From NCBI GenBank assembly GCA_964057225.1, contig OZ059896.1:14260001-14324000 (forward strand): a stretch of 64,000 bases of DNA, read 5' to 3'. Positions within the stretch are counted from its first letter, which is position 1; each line of letters opens with the position of its first letter. The position numbers and the translations under genes were made by a program. This DNA is from Auanema rhodensis (lineage: Eukaryota; Animalia; Nematoda). Below are positions 13,772 to 28,615 of this stretch, piece after piece. The notes beneath the pieces were generated by a model that searched no databases, had not been told where the DNA came from, and worked only from the letters and a program-made list of their open reading frames with translations.

Positions 13772-16700
13772 TCATTTGCCGGTAACACGAGAAACAATCA
13801 TTGCCTGATCTTGCTCACTAACTGTATTGTATCCTGCCACCTGAATATATATGGGAATTTATTATTATCATCTTATTTTAAATTTAACCAACCTGAACAG
13901 CCAACGAACCTAAACCAGATGAAGCTGTACGAACAACTGTAGATAATCCTTGCATTTCCGCTAGAGGAACTGTTGCAACTAAAAGCGATTGACTTCCTAA
14001 ATTGCGAGTTGAACAGCGAACAGAAAACAGAATTAGGAAAAAACCTGTAACTCCTTCACATTTTTCAATTTGAGCTCGTCGTCTTGATAAATCCTGCAGA
14101 AGATTTTGCATTCCTTCTCCACCTTCTAAACTGATTTCAACACGAATTATAGGCTCCACTAAATAGGCTCCGGCCAATGAAAGGGCTTCAGTGACGCATT
14201 TATGAGCACAGGCCGAAACTAAAAATATTTTGCATATAACGTACAATTCCATATAACTTACTGATAGCTGGATTCACTTTACCACCGCTGGCATTCAATT
14301 CTTTCAAAGTAATAGAAACATCTTGTACGGAAAAGCCTAATATAGGACCATTGTGAAGAGCATTTGAACATCCTTCTCGAATTGCTTTCATCCATTCTGG
14401 ACGAGGATGTCTTGTTCCAGTTGGCAAGTCAAGGTTAATCTGAATAGCACAAAATAAGAAAAAGAATACGGATGAGTCTTTAACATGTTTAAAAGCCCCC
14501 TGATTAAGAGCAGGCTTTACGAGCAAAGTCATAGAAGCAGAGTGATTTCTCTCCTTTTCGCCTTGAACATCTTCAACTGTGGCAGTATGTTCAAATACCT
14601 CACTAATAGATTCCCTGTATGCAATCTGCATTGAACTATGAAATTTAGATTGATGTGAACATTCTGTTACCTGAAGTGGACCTAGGAATACCTCTAATCC
14701 GTAGAACCTTTTGAATTTGTCTTTAATCACTTCTAAATGAAGTTCACCCATTGTTTCTATCACGGTTTGTCCTGTATCAGATTCACGTCGAACTTTCAAA
14801 GAGGGGTCCTGGGAAAAACTTGAAAATAAAAATTTGATAAGAGCAAACCTCAATGCTCAATTCGACTAAAGCTTTTTCGAATTCATGAATAGATGCGGTA
14901 GTAGGAGGTTCAACACAGCAGAAATAGACAGGTTCCGGGAAATCAATACCTAAAAATTAAAAATTAACAGATAATTTAGATAGAGAGTACCAGCAAAAAC
15001 GGCTTGAGATCCTTCCCTACATACGGCGTAACGTTTATCCACTGATGACGTGCTGATGCTTTCTAGAGCTCGTTTCGAGAGTGTTTCACTTAAAAAATTA
15101 ATTATATATTTCTTAAGAATGTAACAAAAAGAGAAGTATTTTGCTTAAATTAGAAAGCATTTTCTATTTGAGTGTGACGAGTCAAAAATTATTTCTTTTC
15201 GAACAAAAAACTAAAGCGGTTGTATTCTTTTCAATGGAAATTATTCTAATTAGCCACAAACAACCTAGCTACTGCAATTTACTTTTGACTTGTATATAAT
15301 ACATCTCTTCGGTGTAATCTTACTTAGCCAACAACGTATCTCCAGTTTTGGTGTGCTTGAGACCGGATGTAACAACAATATCTCCAGCTCGAATAGAATC
15401 TTTCTGAATCAGTTCATCACTCTGCGATTCAAAAATCTGAAAAAAGCATATTTAATTGAAAGTAAATCAAGAACAATACCCGAAGAGGTCCTTCAGAGAT
15501 TTCTCTATTGGAATTAAAAACTGAAGTATTATTTTTCAATTCACCAGTATATACACGGAGGTAGCTAAGTTGTCCTTTTCTTTTATCATGTAAAATCTAA
15601 AATCATCAAATTTTTTGAAAATCTAATAATTATACCCAACCTTGAATACTAAAGCAGAAAAATCTTCATTGAAAACCTTTTGTAGTTCTTCCACTTGTTG
15701 TTCAGGAGATGGAAGAAAGTCAATAATCTTAGATTCAAAAACAAACACAGTTAGTATTAAATGGATAACATACACTATCTAATAATGGCATAACACTATG
15801 TGGACTTCTCAGAGCTGAACCACCGCCAACAACGACTCCTTTTCTTTGTTGAGTAATTCTTCGTAGAGCTGAAACATAGAACGTTATAAAGGAATGAGAA
15901 ACAATTTCAACCTTCTATAACGTCATCCTTTGAAACAGCATCAATTTCGCCTCCTTGCACATCTAAAAATTGAGACATGAAGTTCGCATCTAAGTCTGCT
16001 ATTCCATAAAACAAATTCTCTTTGGCTGTACAGAGCCTTTCCCAATGTTCTGTTCCTGACTAGAAGCAATTTTATTCAAAAATAATTTTTTTCAATGTAT
16101 TACTGCTATGTTTTCCCATTTTGAAGTTTTGTCAAGAGTTAGAATCCGACCAGTCAAGACATCTATAATCGTACTTACAGGACCCGTAGTTTCTAACGGC
16201 TCTAGAGTGACCAATCCTGTGAGCAAAAACTTAAACTTTCAGGAAGAAAAAATAGGAAAATACCCTTCATCCCTAATCGTTGCTCGATAGAGTCAACAGC
16301 AGTTAGAAAATTGCAATTTTTTTTATCTACTTTGTTAATATAAAATACAGAAGGAAGATTGAATTTAGAAGCTTGCTTCCACACAGTTAGAGTTTGAGCC
16401 TAAAACATCGAATGTTAAGCTTTTGAGGGTTCTTTGGAACCTGCACACCAGCATTTGAATCTAATATGGTTACTACTCCATCCAATACTCGAAGACATCT
16501 CTCAACTTCCACTATAGAAACGATAGTATTTAAAATATGTCAGTTATTAACCTGTGAAATCAACATGACCAGGTGTATCAATGAGATTGATTTTATGACT
16601 ATTCCAATTGAAAGCGACTGAAGCCGATTGAACAGTAATTCCTAAGTTTTCACGTTTACTATAATCCCGACTAACTAACTTGCCTCTTTCTCTTTCAATA

Positions 16701-16967
16701 TCGAGGTAATCTGTTACTGTATTTCCGGAGTCTACATCTCCCATGGATCTTAAGGTACCGGCAAGATATAATAATCTCTCTGTTACCGTTGTTTTTCCGG
16801 CATCGATATGTGCAATAATTCCAATATTCCTAGTTCTACTCAATTCAACTGATTTACTATTTTTCTAAAGTCAAACAGATAGCAATAACACTTGAAAATC
16901 GACATACCAAATTTTTAGCGGTCGAATACGACCTAATAGCACGAGGCCATGTTTTTCCAAAAGCCAT
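13772..16967 (-). CDS. GFM2: Mitochondrial ribosome-releasing factor 2 (EF-G2mt)
   Basis: G-domain motifs [52 protein letters not shown] and YINKVDK; domain III EDPSLKV...MGELHLEV; domain [20 protein letters not shown]. Basic N-terminal presequence. Confidence 0.93.
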
Positions 16968-17228
16968 ATAGATAAATACCTTGCAGATTTCAATTTACAC
17001 TAATTTATTAATTTTAATTCCAATAGCTTGTAGCGAATAGTATAGTATATGAATTAATTTGTAAGTCCTTGGCGCCAAAGATTTGTTGGATTACGGTAGA
17101 GGACTGGGTCGAAGTCGCGAGTCATTACGTACCCGCTCTATCTAACTATTGTAAGCATTCGTTTTGTCTTATATTAATCTAGTAAATTCGGCGTTTTCTA
17201 ACCTTGTTATTATTTTAGAAACATCAAT
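16968..17228. promoter_or_regulatory. Bidirectional promoter GFM2 / rpt-3 with palindromic E2F-like site TTGGCGCCAA (17069-17078)
   Basis: Head-to-head start codons 260 bp apart and a GC-richer core with a perfect palindrome. Function is inferred. Confidence 0.55.
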
Positions 17229-18851
<1,623 letters not shown>

Positions 18852-19039
18852 ATACCGGTTGTCATAATCTATTTATTTTCATAAATCAACTTTTCTCTTG
18901 TCAATAAATGTAAAATTATAGTTTCACTTGACGTTTAAGACGTATATAACAATCAGATCGTTTGATTAAACGTATTATGCAAATTTTAAAAAATTATACC
19001 CGTACTTTACATACCATATTATATTATACAAATAGTTCA

Positions 19040-21089
19040 TCATTTACCTACGAATTGAACTGTATACTTATTGTTTTTTTCTTTCTTCAAATTATTTTGA
19101 ATTAATTGAGGGACGAAACACTTATCATATATTTTACGAATATGAAGCCAGTTTTCATCCCTGAGATCGATTGGTTGAGCGTGCTCGGTTAAACTGTGTT
19201 TTACCTGAAAATAATTAATGAAGTTTTTGTAAAGTGCATTTAACTGACTCTTATATGATCCTTGACACTATTCACAGCATAATTACTACTATATGAACAG
19301 AAGGGGCATAAAAACATAGGAAGTCGAACGTGATGCTATAAATTTTTAAAGTGAAACGGAATACAACCGATGAGCGATTGAAGAACAAATAACATGAAAT
19401 GGCATTTGGTTCACGTGAAACACATGGCTAGCAAGTACTTCACGTGTTAATTTTAAATTGAAACATCATTACCTGTAACACGTGGCGTTCCATATGTCTA
19501 ACGTTTACCATTTTACATAAATTACAAGTATTTTGAGTTTTTGGTCTACCAATGTCTTCAGATTTAGGACAGTCTGGCTGATCAGAAACTTCAGGCTCCA
19601 ACAAATCTTCTGGCATTTGTTGGGGATCAAATGTGCTACCTGAATATATTTAAATAATTTCTATTTCAAATAAACAGATAAAGATTACTTTCACGACGGT
19701 TAGAGAGAATAGAGATCGTCGATGGATCCAAAGGAGTTATGGAGGGCATTCCTCTACCCTCACTAACCCAATCAACTAAATCCCAAACTAAGTTAGTAAC
19801 TTCTGGTTCAATACACCGCAAAAGGCGTCGGTCTCCAAAGCATCTGTAGAAATAATTGATATATGATGAGATCATATCGAAAAGTTATGATACTCACAAA
19901 TATAACCACATATCAATATCTCTCGAGTAATCATCTTTTAGTGATATTGATTTCAACTAAAAAATAGAGTGAAACAAAAATATTTTTTAAAAATCTCACA
20001 GATACTCCATGTTTTCTCTTGATATGAATTTCAACATTTGCTTTGTGATACAAATTACTGAACTCGCATAAAGGACATTTGAATAGGGGCTGCCTTAGAT
20101 GAGCACTAAACAGAAAAAAACAATTCTCACAAAAATAAAAACGTCTTCTTACACATAAATATGTTGTTTTTTTTTCTGAGTAAGCACTGGTACACAGCAT
20201 AAACGACACACAGTTCTACAAGATGGAACGAAGTTGTTCGTCTCGGTTGCGACACACCCTGCGTTCTGATTTTGTTGAGCCACGAACTAAAATATGAACT
20301 TAAACGTGGCAATTAGAACATGTTGAAGATACTTCTTGTGATTTTGAAGCATATTCTTCGTCGATAGAAATTATAAAATGCTTTTGATCCTGTTCAGACC
20401 GCGAAGCTGAATACGAGAGCCTAACCAAGGTGTCTTAATACTTCCTTACCTGGCCAATTCAAAGACGAGGAGGATGATTTATCAGTTGGTATATATCTAA
20501 AAAGAGGATCTTATAAAGATCTCATTTTGAAAATTACTTATGAGATGTATTAATATTATTTTGAGAACAATATGACGACATCTCTTCAACGCTTGCAAAT
20601 CGAAGAACATTTGTTGACCCTACTTTCTTTTTACGAATATGATATTCAGCATCAACTACTGATTTTGATCTAGCATCTTCATATTTGTAAGTTGGATTAG
20701 TCTATGAGATATTCATTATTGTAAAGTATCATTCTATAACCCGAACCTTATTTGTTGTATTGTCTTCAGAAGTAGAAGTTTCTGGAATGACTTCTTCTTG
20801 ACCTGACCAGGGTGGAGCCTGTGAGAAAGATATTCTAACATTTGTACAACAATACTGTTATACCTCGTCCTCATAAGCTTCAACTTCCAGCAGTGGTGGA
20901 GGTGTACATGGCAAAGAAGGACGCTTTTCAGTGTCCACAATATCGCGTTCATAATATATATTCACTCGAACTTGTGAGGTCAGACTGCGCAAAAAAAAGT
21001 GAAATAGCTTTAAACTTTGAAAGAACTTACTTCTTATCGCCTTTCTTCAGGGTTATCACTCTCGACCTCCAAGGTGATTTCGATGCCAT
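19040..21089 (-). CDS. C2H2 zinc-finger protein with two tandem finger pairs
   Basis: Spliced translation gives CRLCCVPVLTQKKKQHIYVAHLRQPLFKCPLCEFSNLYHKANVEIHIKRKH and CNLCKMVNVRHMERHVLQHHVRLPMFLCPFCSYSSNYAVNSVKDHIRVKH, each followed by a ...CF motif. Confidence 0.85.
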
Positions 21090-21199
21090 ACTGATATATA
21101 TTCAATTATTTCATATCATATTTGTATTTTGATTAAAAATACTTATTTGATTAAACACAAATATGTTACAATTTACAAATAAACATTAAGCTTTATTTA

Positions 21200-22240
21200 T
21201 TAATTACATAGATATGGCAATAAGACCAGCAGAAAACAATTCAATAAATATATCGTGCACGATCCAAGGGAGTCATGTTGGGTATGACTGTACCGAGATC
21301 ACAGTCAACATTAGCCAAAACAAACCCTTTCTTATAACAAGTGCGTTTGGAAGATAAAATCAATGGGCTAGCTCATTTGTGACAATCTTAGTATCTGATT
21401 TGAACATAAAGAATGCATCAATGAAGAACGATCAAGCACTTTCTTACTTGGCTCCGATCTTGTGAGGTAGGCTAATGCTGGAGGTAAATTCGGTGAGAAT
21501 CATTTTATTGAATTTATACAGCTGTCGAGTTCAATGAACTTTACTCGTAAAATATCAATTACTTTTACAGTCCTTCAAAGTTTGAGAAAGTTCGACGTGA
21601 TTCCTACATACCAAAGCGCTTTGAGCTCTTAAAAGTTCAAGTTAGTTTAGCAGATAATTTGGAAAGGAAAACACTTTTCAATGCACAAATCAAGACGTAG
21701 TTGAATATTTTCCATTCAATGCTCCCTTTTCTTTTCCGGCAAAACTTGAATTTTTTGCTTGTTTCTTTGTTGCGGATTCTTGCTAAAATTTAGAATAATT
21801 AACTTCACAAGATATTTGAATAATACATTTAATATAATCATTAGATTTACTTCTGTACATACCTAGATGTTTTCTTAAATATACGATTTCTTTTGATAGT
21901 CTCTATTAATCATATTTACACGAGTTAAGGTTCCCTTTAATTGTATAATTGTAAAAAGGTTTATGTTGAAGCTGGACTTATTTTCTTGTAGAAGCCTTAT
22001 GGACAATACGATGAGTATTATCATGTAACTGAAAGCAGTAAGGTTTTTGTTCGTTTCATCAATAACACAACATACAGGCTTAACATACTACAAATTCTAA
22101 GAGCTGATTTCATTCCTTTAGTTCATGTCAAGAGTTGAGTAAATCAAAGTATTGTGCACCTAGGGAACCATAGCGAACTTTTAATTCCTGCCAAAAACAT
22201 CATATTAGATTGGAAATCCATTGTAGCTTTTACAAACCAT
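21200..22240 (-). CDS. Unresolved orphan gene (probable type II membrane protein) or pseudogene
   Basis: The first four exons join in phase through 44-50 nt GT-AG introns to give MELKVRYGSLGMKSALRICSMLSLYMIILIVLSIRLLQENK. The 3' structure is ambiguous. A minus-strand AATAAA lies at ~21193-21198. Confidence 0.35.
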
Positions 22241-22416
22241 TGTAGATACTAAAATTTGAAAATTGAAACAAATACTTTAGTTGGTTGCGAGCAGTACTAT
22301 GGAACGTATCAAACGTTTTTCATATATTTCTTATGTTTCCTATGAAGTCTTTATGAAACGTGAATAAATAATAAACTACAAATCATAAGAACGAATTCTA
22401 ACTCTTTCGACATAAA

Positions 22417-23904
22417 TTACAAAGTATTGACAAATTTACGATAAACTTCTATTGTTTTGGCGATATCTCCTTCAGATACGTTTAGGTTTGGAATGATTCT
22501 TACACGATGATCATCAAAAGCCATAACCAGAATTTCATTTGAACGGAAGAAGTTTTGAACCTTCAAAGTTATAAAAAAATAACTTCCTTTTTTTTTATCT
22601 TACCTGGGTTGGATTCGTTTTATTTTTGCATTGAAGTACACACATATTTGTTGCTTTTTCGAGGTCAACAAACAAACTCTGAAACAAGAATGATTAGTAA
22701 ATACAGTCTACCTGATAAACACTTACGTCTCGTAGGTGTTCTGGGGTAGACTTGTTTATTCCTTCGGCAAGAAGTCTGGCAAGTTTGTGATCTCTTTCGA
22801 TTGTTTGTTTGGCATTATCGAGAGCAAAAGATGCTGCAGAAGCCAAAATACCGGCTTGTCGCCAACCGCCACCAAGAGCCTGATAAGAGCATGTAGTTTT
22901 TTAAAATTTCTTTCATAATATAAACTTTTCGAATACGTCGAGCCCTCTGAATGAAATCTTCGCTTCCAACTAAAATGGAGCCAACAGGAGCTCCTAACCC
23001 TTTCGAGAAACACATCATAACACTATCAGCATTAGAAGCTATTTCAGAGACCTGAAATATGATTTACATACGAAAATTTTTTTTGGGTAGTAGATACCGG
23101 GATGAACGTACCTCAACTCCCATAGCTATTGCTGCATTATATATACGGGCGCCATCAATATGAATAGCAAGTTTGTGAGAGTTGGCTAGTGCACGAACGT
23201 TACTGGAATTTAAACCTTCTTATTCTCAGTCATTTTCAACGTACCGTAAATATTCTAAAGATAATGGCTTGCCACCTGAATAATTATGAGTTGTTTCTAG
23301 ACAGATAAGTCGTGTACGAGGCATATGAGGATCATTGACCCGAATAGATTCTTCAATTTCTTTCAAACACATCATACCATTCCCATCTACATTTAAAGTA
23401 GTAGCGGAAATGCCTGAACAAAGGCTCTAGAATAGGATAAGAAGAACATCATCATACTGGCAAGTTGTGCATAGTTTCCTTGTTCCCATCTATGAATGTG
23501 ATTCGTGCGCCCTACAATAATCTCATCACCTCTCTGGCAATGAGCCATCACAGCAATCAAATTTCCCATAGTGCCACTAGGTACAAACAAAGCCGCAGGT
23601 TTTCCAAATAACTTTGCACATCTTAAAACTCACGTAATTGTTATATTTATATTGATTAAGTGGTAGTTAAAACCTGCTCTCCAAAGCATTAACAGTTGAA
23701 TCTTCACCGTACACGTCATCTCCTAAGGGTGCAGTCATCATAGCTTCTTTCATGGCTAAAGTTGGCTGAGTAACCTAAACAACAAAATATATAAATTTTC
23801 TAGAATTATTCTAAAAACACTGAAATACTTACAGTATCGGATCTCATATCAATACAATTGACGACATTAGCTTCAGTACTAGTATAATTTCCTTCACGAA
23901 CCAT
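22417..23904 (-). CDS. Low-specificity L-threonine aldolase (PLP-dependent; C. elegans R102.4-like)
   Basis: [54 protein letters not shown] (PLP lysine), GGGWRQAG. Confidence 0.96.
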
Positions 23905-24289
23905 CTTGCTATTGAATCTACTACCTGAATGTAGAAAACGCAAGTTGAAACGAAATAAAAAAAAAGAAACCCAATATTAGCAATCGATTAGACGACAGTC
24001 TCAACAGTGGACGTGTAGCCGACATTTCGTCCAAGATAAGAAACAATTATCAACTTATGCAATGAATATAACTATAATGTTTCGAGCAATTTAAAAAAAT
24101 AAAACAGAAGATTAAAACAAATATTTATGAAGACCAAAATATTGTTCTTTTTAATAAAAAAGTAGAAATATGTATTGTACAAGCTTATATTCTATGAAAA
24201 CAGTATTATAAAACAATTAGTAACAAAATAACAGATAATAAACATGTACAAAGTATATACACTTGAGGTTACATTAATAAACTGACAAC

Positions 24290-25955
24290 TTATATTATCA
24301 TATCATCTATCCGATTTAAGCTTCTTAATATATCACTTACACTTTGTAAGGATTGAGGTGTAACCTTAACAGTTCTAAGAAAATATTTTCAATAATCAAT
24401 CGAACTACTCATCTACCTCTTGCAAAGCGTTAACAACAGCACTTAAGTTCGAAATCAGAGCGTCTTTTTTGTTCATTTCATCCAAAAGCAGTTCTTTCTC
24501 CTGTTCCAATTGCTGATTCTTAAATCAATAATATAATCAAAGATTAGGAAAATATTCATACATTATCAGCATAGTTCATTTCCATCACTCCTATACACTC
24601 CCTCAAAGCTTTCACCTCGTTTTTCAAATTTTGAATCTCATTCCTACAATATTAAAAATATTAATCAATTAAACAATAAATCAAGCCATACGGTTCAGTT
24701 CCCATAGATTTTAAGGAATCTTCTGAAAACATAACATTTATCTTGATAAAAGAAAAATAAACAATACGTTTACTTTGGAGCATAATAAAATTTTGCTCGA
24801 GGTTAAAAAGATCTTGTTTACTAATTCTGAGAGCAGCTTCCAATTCTTCGTTTTGCAATCTACATTTCCAACAATATTGAAGAAAAATATTAGAATATTA
24901 ACAAACTTTTTCAATCCAATCTCTGATAACTGCTCAATGTTCATTTTTTTAAGCATTTTCATCTGAACGAAAAAATAAAGACATTCGATTTACCTCACAT
25001 TACCTCTTCATTCATTTTATCCACAAGGCTTGTAGATTTAGCTGTAAGTTAAAAAATCATTTCATGTTTCGAATTAAGTACCCAACCTAAATTTTCTCGG
25101 AGATTTTCGATTTCCAAGTTAAGATTTTCATTTCCGTGTTTCAATGTATCATTCTCAACATTCAGAGTTGCCCACTAAAATATCGAAAATAAAGTGTTTG
25201 CTTATTAACCGCCTACCTTATCTGACAGAATTGTTAGTTTTTCCTCATCTCGTTGTTGAGCATTTGCCAACTTGAAAAAATATTCCTTAGTTTCTAAGTC
25301 TAAAAAATTGGAATACCTGTTCTTCCAAATCAATGAGACGTTTATTAAGTTCTTCAATTTTTTCGTTTTTCTCCTCATTCAAAACTTCAAGCTTAAATGT
25401 ATAAGGTAAAGCAAATTTCAAAGTTGAAGAATTAGAGGAATAAGGTGAGTTTGTGAGTTGACATGAGTGGTAAAAATAGGAAAAACTAGAATTTAAAATT
25501 CAACGATTTAAAAAAAAACGAACATCGTCCTTTTGAGCAATTATTTTTTCAATATGTTCGTAGACAACAGTATGAACCTGCTCATACTTAACTACAGGCG
25601 ATTCCTGAGAGTATGAAAATTAAAAAAATTATTCAATGCAAGACAATACCGGATCATCGGTCATAGACTTTGTAATTGTATTAACAGGTGGGAAAGAAAA
25701 ATCGGTAACACTGAATATTCATAGGCATTAGCTATTTAGTCCGAACGCAGCTTACTTTCGAGTTGGCAAAGAAAGAGATGGCGTGAATGAGCTTGAGTCA
25801 AATGATTCATTAGAAGAAGAATTAACATTTTTTTCCACAACTTCATAATCCAAAGTATCAGTATCTGTGCTTATGCAAGAATTATTTTCATTTTGACTAA
25901 TCGAAACAGATGCTGACTGCGGTGGTTCAGACCCAAAAAAATTAAAACTGAACAT
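24290..25955 (-). CDS. Coiled-coil protein with N-terminal LIR motif; probable ALLO-1 (allophagy receptor) orthologue
   Basis: Multi-exon gene with an acidic/Ser-rich N-terminus containing DTDTLD-YEVV, followed by a long heptad-rich region (LEVLNEEKNEKIEELNKRLIDLEEQLANAQQRDEEKL...). It lies directly upstream of threonine aldolase, as allo-1 (R102.5) lies next to R102.4 in C. elegans by my recollection. The CDS is well supported; the identity is inferred. Confidence 0.75.
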
Positions 25956-26388
25956 TCTGAAAAAGAAAGCAATGAAACGACAAATAATTTGATCAATTTT
26001 TTTAAAGAGTATGTGTAAGGAAGAAGTTAGCAATTAGACTGATTCATAGTGATAGCGCACAAGTCAGGTGATCGTTGTAAAATGTCAGCGCTAATAACAG
26101 TTATTATAAAAATTAATGAAATGCAGTATGTTTTCGTTTTTGCGTCTAACTACCGCCTACCTTGTCTCTAAATAAACAATTCTAGACGATGTCACACTCT
26201 ATTTTCTCAATATACAGTATAAATTTTACACAAGGAAAAACAACAACATGAGAATATTATTCGTGCTCACGAAAATGTTTCTTTACGCGAAAATGCACTT
26301 TTACGAAATTAAGTTTCAAAAACTATAAATAATAAAAACTTTTGTTTCAGCATTAGCTTTTCAACCTAACGTATTCTAATTACAGGAT
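25956..26388. promoter_or_regulatory. Bidirectional promoter region (ALLO-1-like cluster / GPKOW)
   Basis: Head-to-head start codons ~430 bp apart. Confidence 0.5.
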
Positions 26389-28306
26389 ATGGTTGACCAG
26401 GATGTTGTAGAAGGAACATCAAATGTGCAGATTGCTCAACCTACTAAAATTTCATTCGGTCTAGCCAAAAAGAAAGAAGTTAAACTAGTTACAGCCCCAA
26501 AAGAAATAACTGCGGGTACATTTTCTGATTTTTATGTGATTCTTTTTTTTTTAATATAGTGCACATTGATAGTGATGAAGAAAAACAAGTAGAAGAGGGA
26601 GAAAGACAGGCAAAACGAAGAAAGCTTACGCATTTTGAAGATGGTGGTTATCCGTATGTTGCTTTAATAATTTAAAACGAAATTATTTATTTTTATAGAA
26701 AAGAATCAGATGAAAAAAAAAATAAAGCTGTGATTCCCATGGTTATTGAGCATGATTGGAGAGTTCAGAAGTTGCTTGATCTGCAAAAAGAAGGAAAATT
26801 GACTGATGAAGACAGAGCAAAGCTTGCATTACTAACTGAAGCAAACCCGTTCAAAGTATCAGAGGTTTATCAATTTTGAGAGTGATATTGATGACTACTT
26901 TATTTTAGGAGAACAATGATCCTATGTCCATAGCTGTAGATGATTCTGAAAAAAATATTGAAGATGCTGACTACACTGCAGTACGTTAATGACAATAAAC
27001 AGATGAAAAAAATTTTTTTCTGTAGGTGCCCATAGAAGATTTTGGATTAGCCATTCTTCGTGGATGTGGTTGGAGAGATGGAGAAGGTATAGGAAAAAAT
27101 CCACAGGTGATTCCTGCTTTAGTATTTCGAATAAATTCCAGATGTTTTAGGTTGTAACAGTACGCCTCCCTGCACAAAGACCGAAAGGTTTAGGGTTAGG
27201 AGCAACCCCCGCTCAGCCAAAAAAACCGTCCTCTAAGGGGGGTAATGATAAAAATGATGAAATAAGCAAGGAATTAACAAAAGACTCTCTTGTAAAAATA
27301 GTAAGTGGAAGACATAATGGCAGTTACGGTAAAGTAAGTTTATTTAGTCAACTAAGCTTTGTCTAAATGACAATATTAGGTTGAATCTCGTGATGATGAT
27401 AACAATAGCCTGTATATTAGGATGGCTATAGGAGGACAATCAGTTAAAGTTGGTTTTCTTTTTTTAATATTTTCAAGAGAAATTTGTTTAGGTATCTTTG
27501 TTTGTGATAGAAGCAGTTTCGAAAAAAGATTACGAAAAAAATAGTAAATGCTTAAGTAAGTCTTTTTTCTAATAATTTTAATTAATAATATGTTTGTAGA
27601 CAAGAAAGATTATGATATAGAAAAAGCTAAAATTGACAAGAAAAGGGAGGAAATGGCGTCTAAAAGTAGCGAACGCTCCCGTGATGGCGAACGGGGTAGG
27701 GATCGAAATCACGATCGTGATTTGAATCGAGATCGTGATCTGGATCGTGGAAGTTCAAGCTCAAAAAAGAGTTCGAAGTATTCAGAGGTAAACATGGAGG
27801 TGTTTCTTGCTTTCTATATTCATGTTGTTTGAAGGATAATGATGTTTGGGTTCGACCTGATTTAGTTGTACGATTTGTGGATAAAAGTTACAAAAATGGG
27901 AAATTGTTTGGTTCCAAAATGAGAGTTGTGGATGTTGCTTCACGAAAGGAGATTTCACTTGAAGATGATGCTGGTCATATTTATTATAGTAAACTATATT
28001 GTTTAATATGCTCATAATGCTCATTGGTTGTAGATTTACGCCAATCTTGGATGGAAACTGTGATACCTCGCAACGAGGGTGAACGGGTTATGGTTGTTCG
28101 AGGGAAATATTCCGGATCCATAGCAATTATGGAAGAGAAAGATAAACGTAATTGTCTGATTGTTGCCCGGATACTCCGGACAAATAAGGTTAGTTTGTTA
28201 ACGGACTAGTGAACATCAAAGTTTTGACCAATTTCAGGTTGTTGAACTAGACTTTGACAATGTCAGCCTATTTAATCCAAAAAATGAGGAAATCTATGAG
28301 GATTGA
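26389..28306 (+). CDS. GPKOW: G-patch and KOW-motif splicing factor (Spp2/MOS2 family)
   Basis: DYTAVPIEDFGLAILRGCGWRDGEGIGKN...RPKGLGLGA (G-patch); WVRPDLVVRFVDKSYKNGKLFGSKMRVVDV and QSWMETVIPRNEGERVMVVRGKYSG (KOW); RD-repeat linker. Confidence 0.95.
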
Positions 28307-28615
28307 TGATTTCAATAAACCATTCAAATTTTTTCTTTTTTCTTCTAATTATATAAACACGAAGCATGAAAACATCTTCAGGTTATATGAAACCAACCAG
28401 TTTAGATGCTCAAAATAGCTTGAACAAACATTTATTAAATTGAAAATAAGGTCAAGCGAACCACGAAGTACGTGCCTATCTGTTATATAAACCAGAATCT
28501 ACGAATAAGGTCATTACTAGTCCGCTTGTCAGTTAAAAGGTCCAGACGAAGTAATTTTATTCATTCTCCAGAATCTCTTGTTGTCATAATTTTTTTTACA
28601 TTCCAGAAACTCGCG

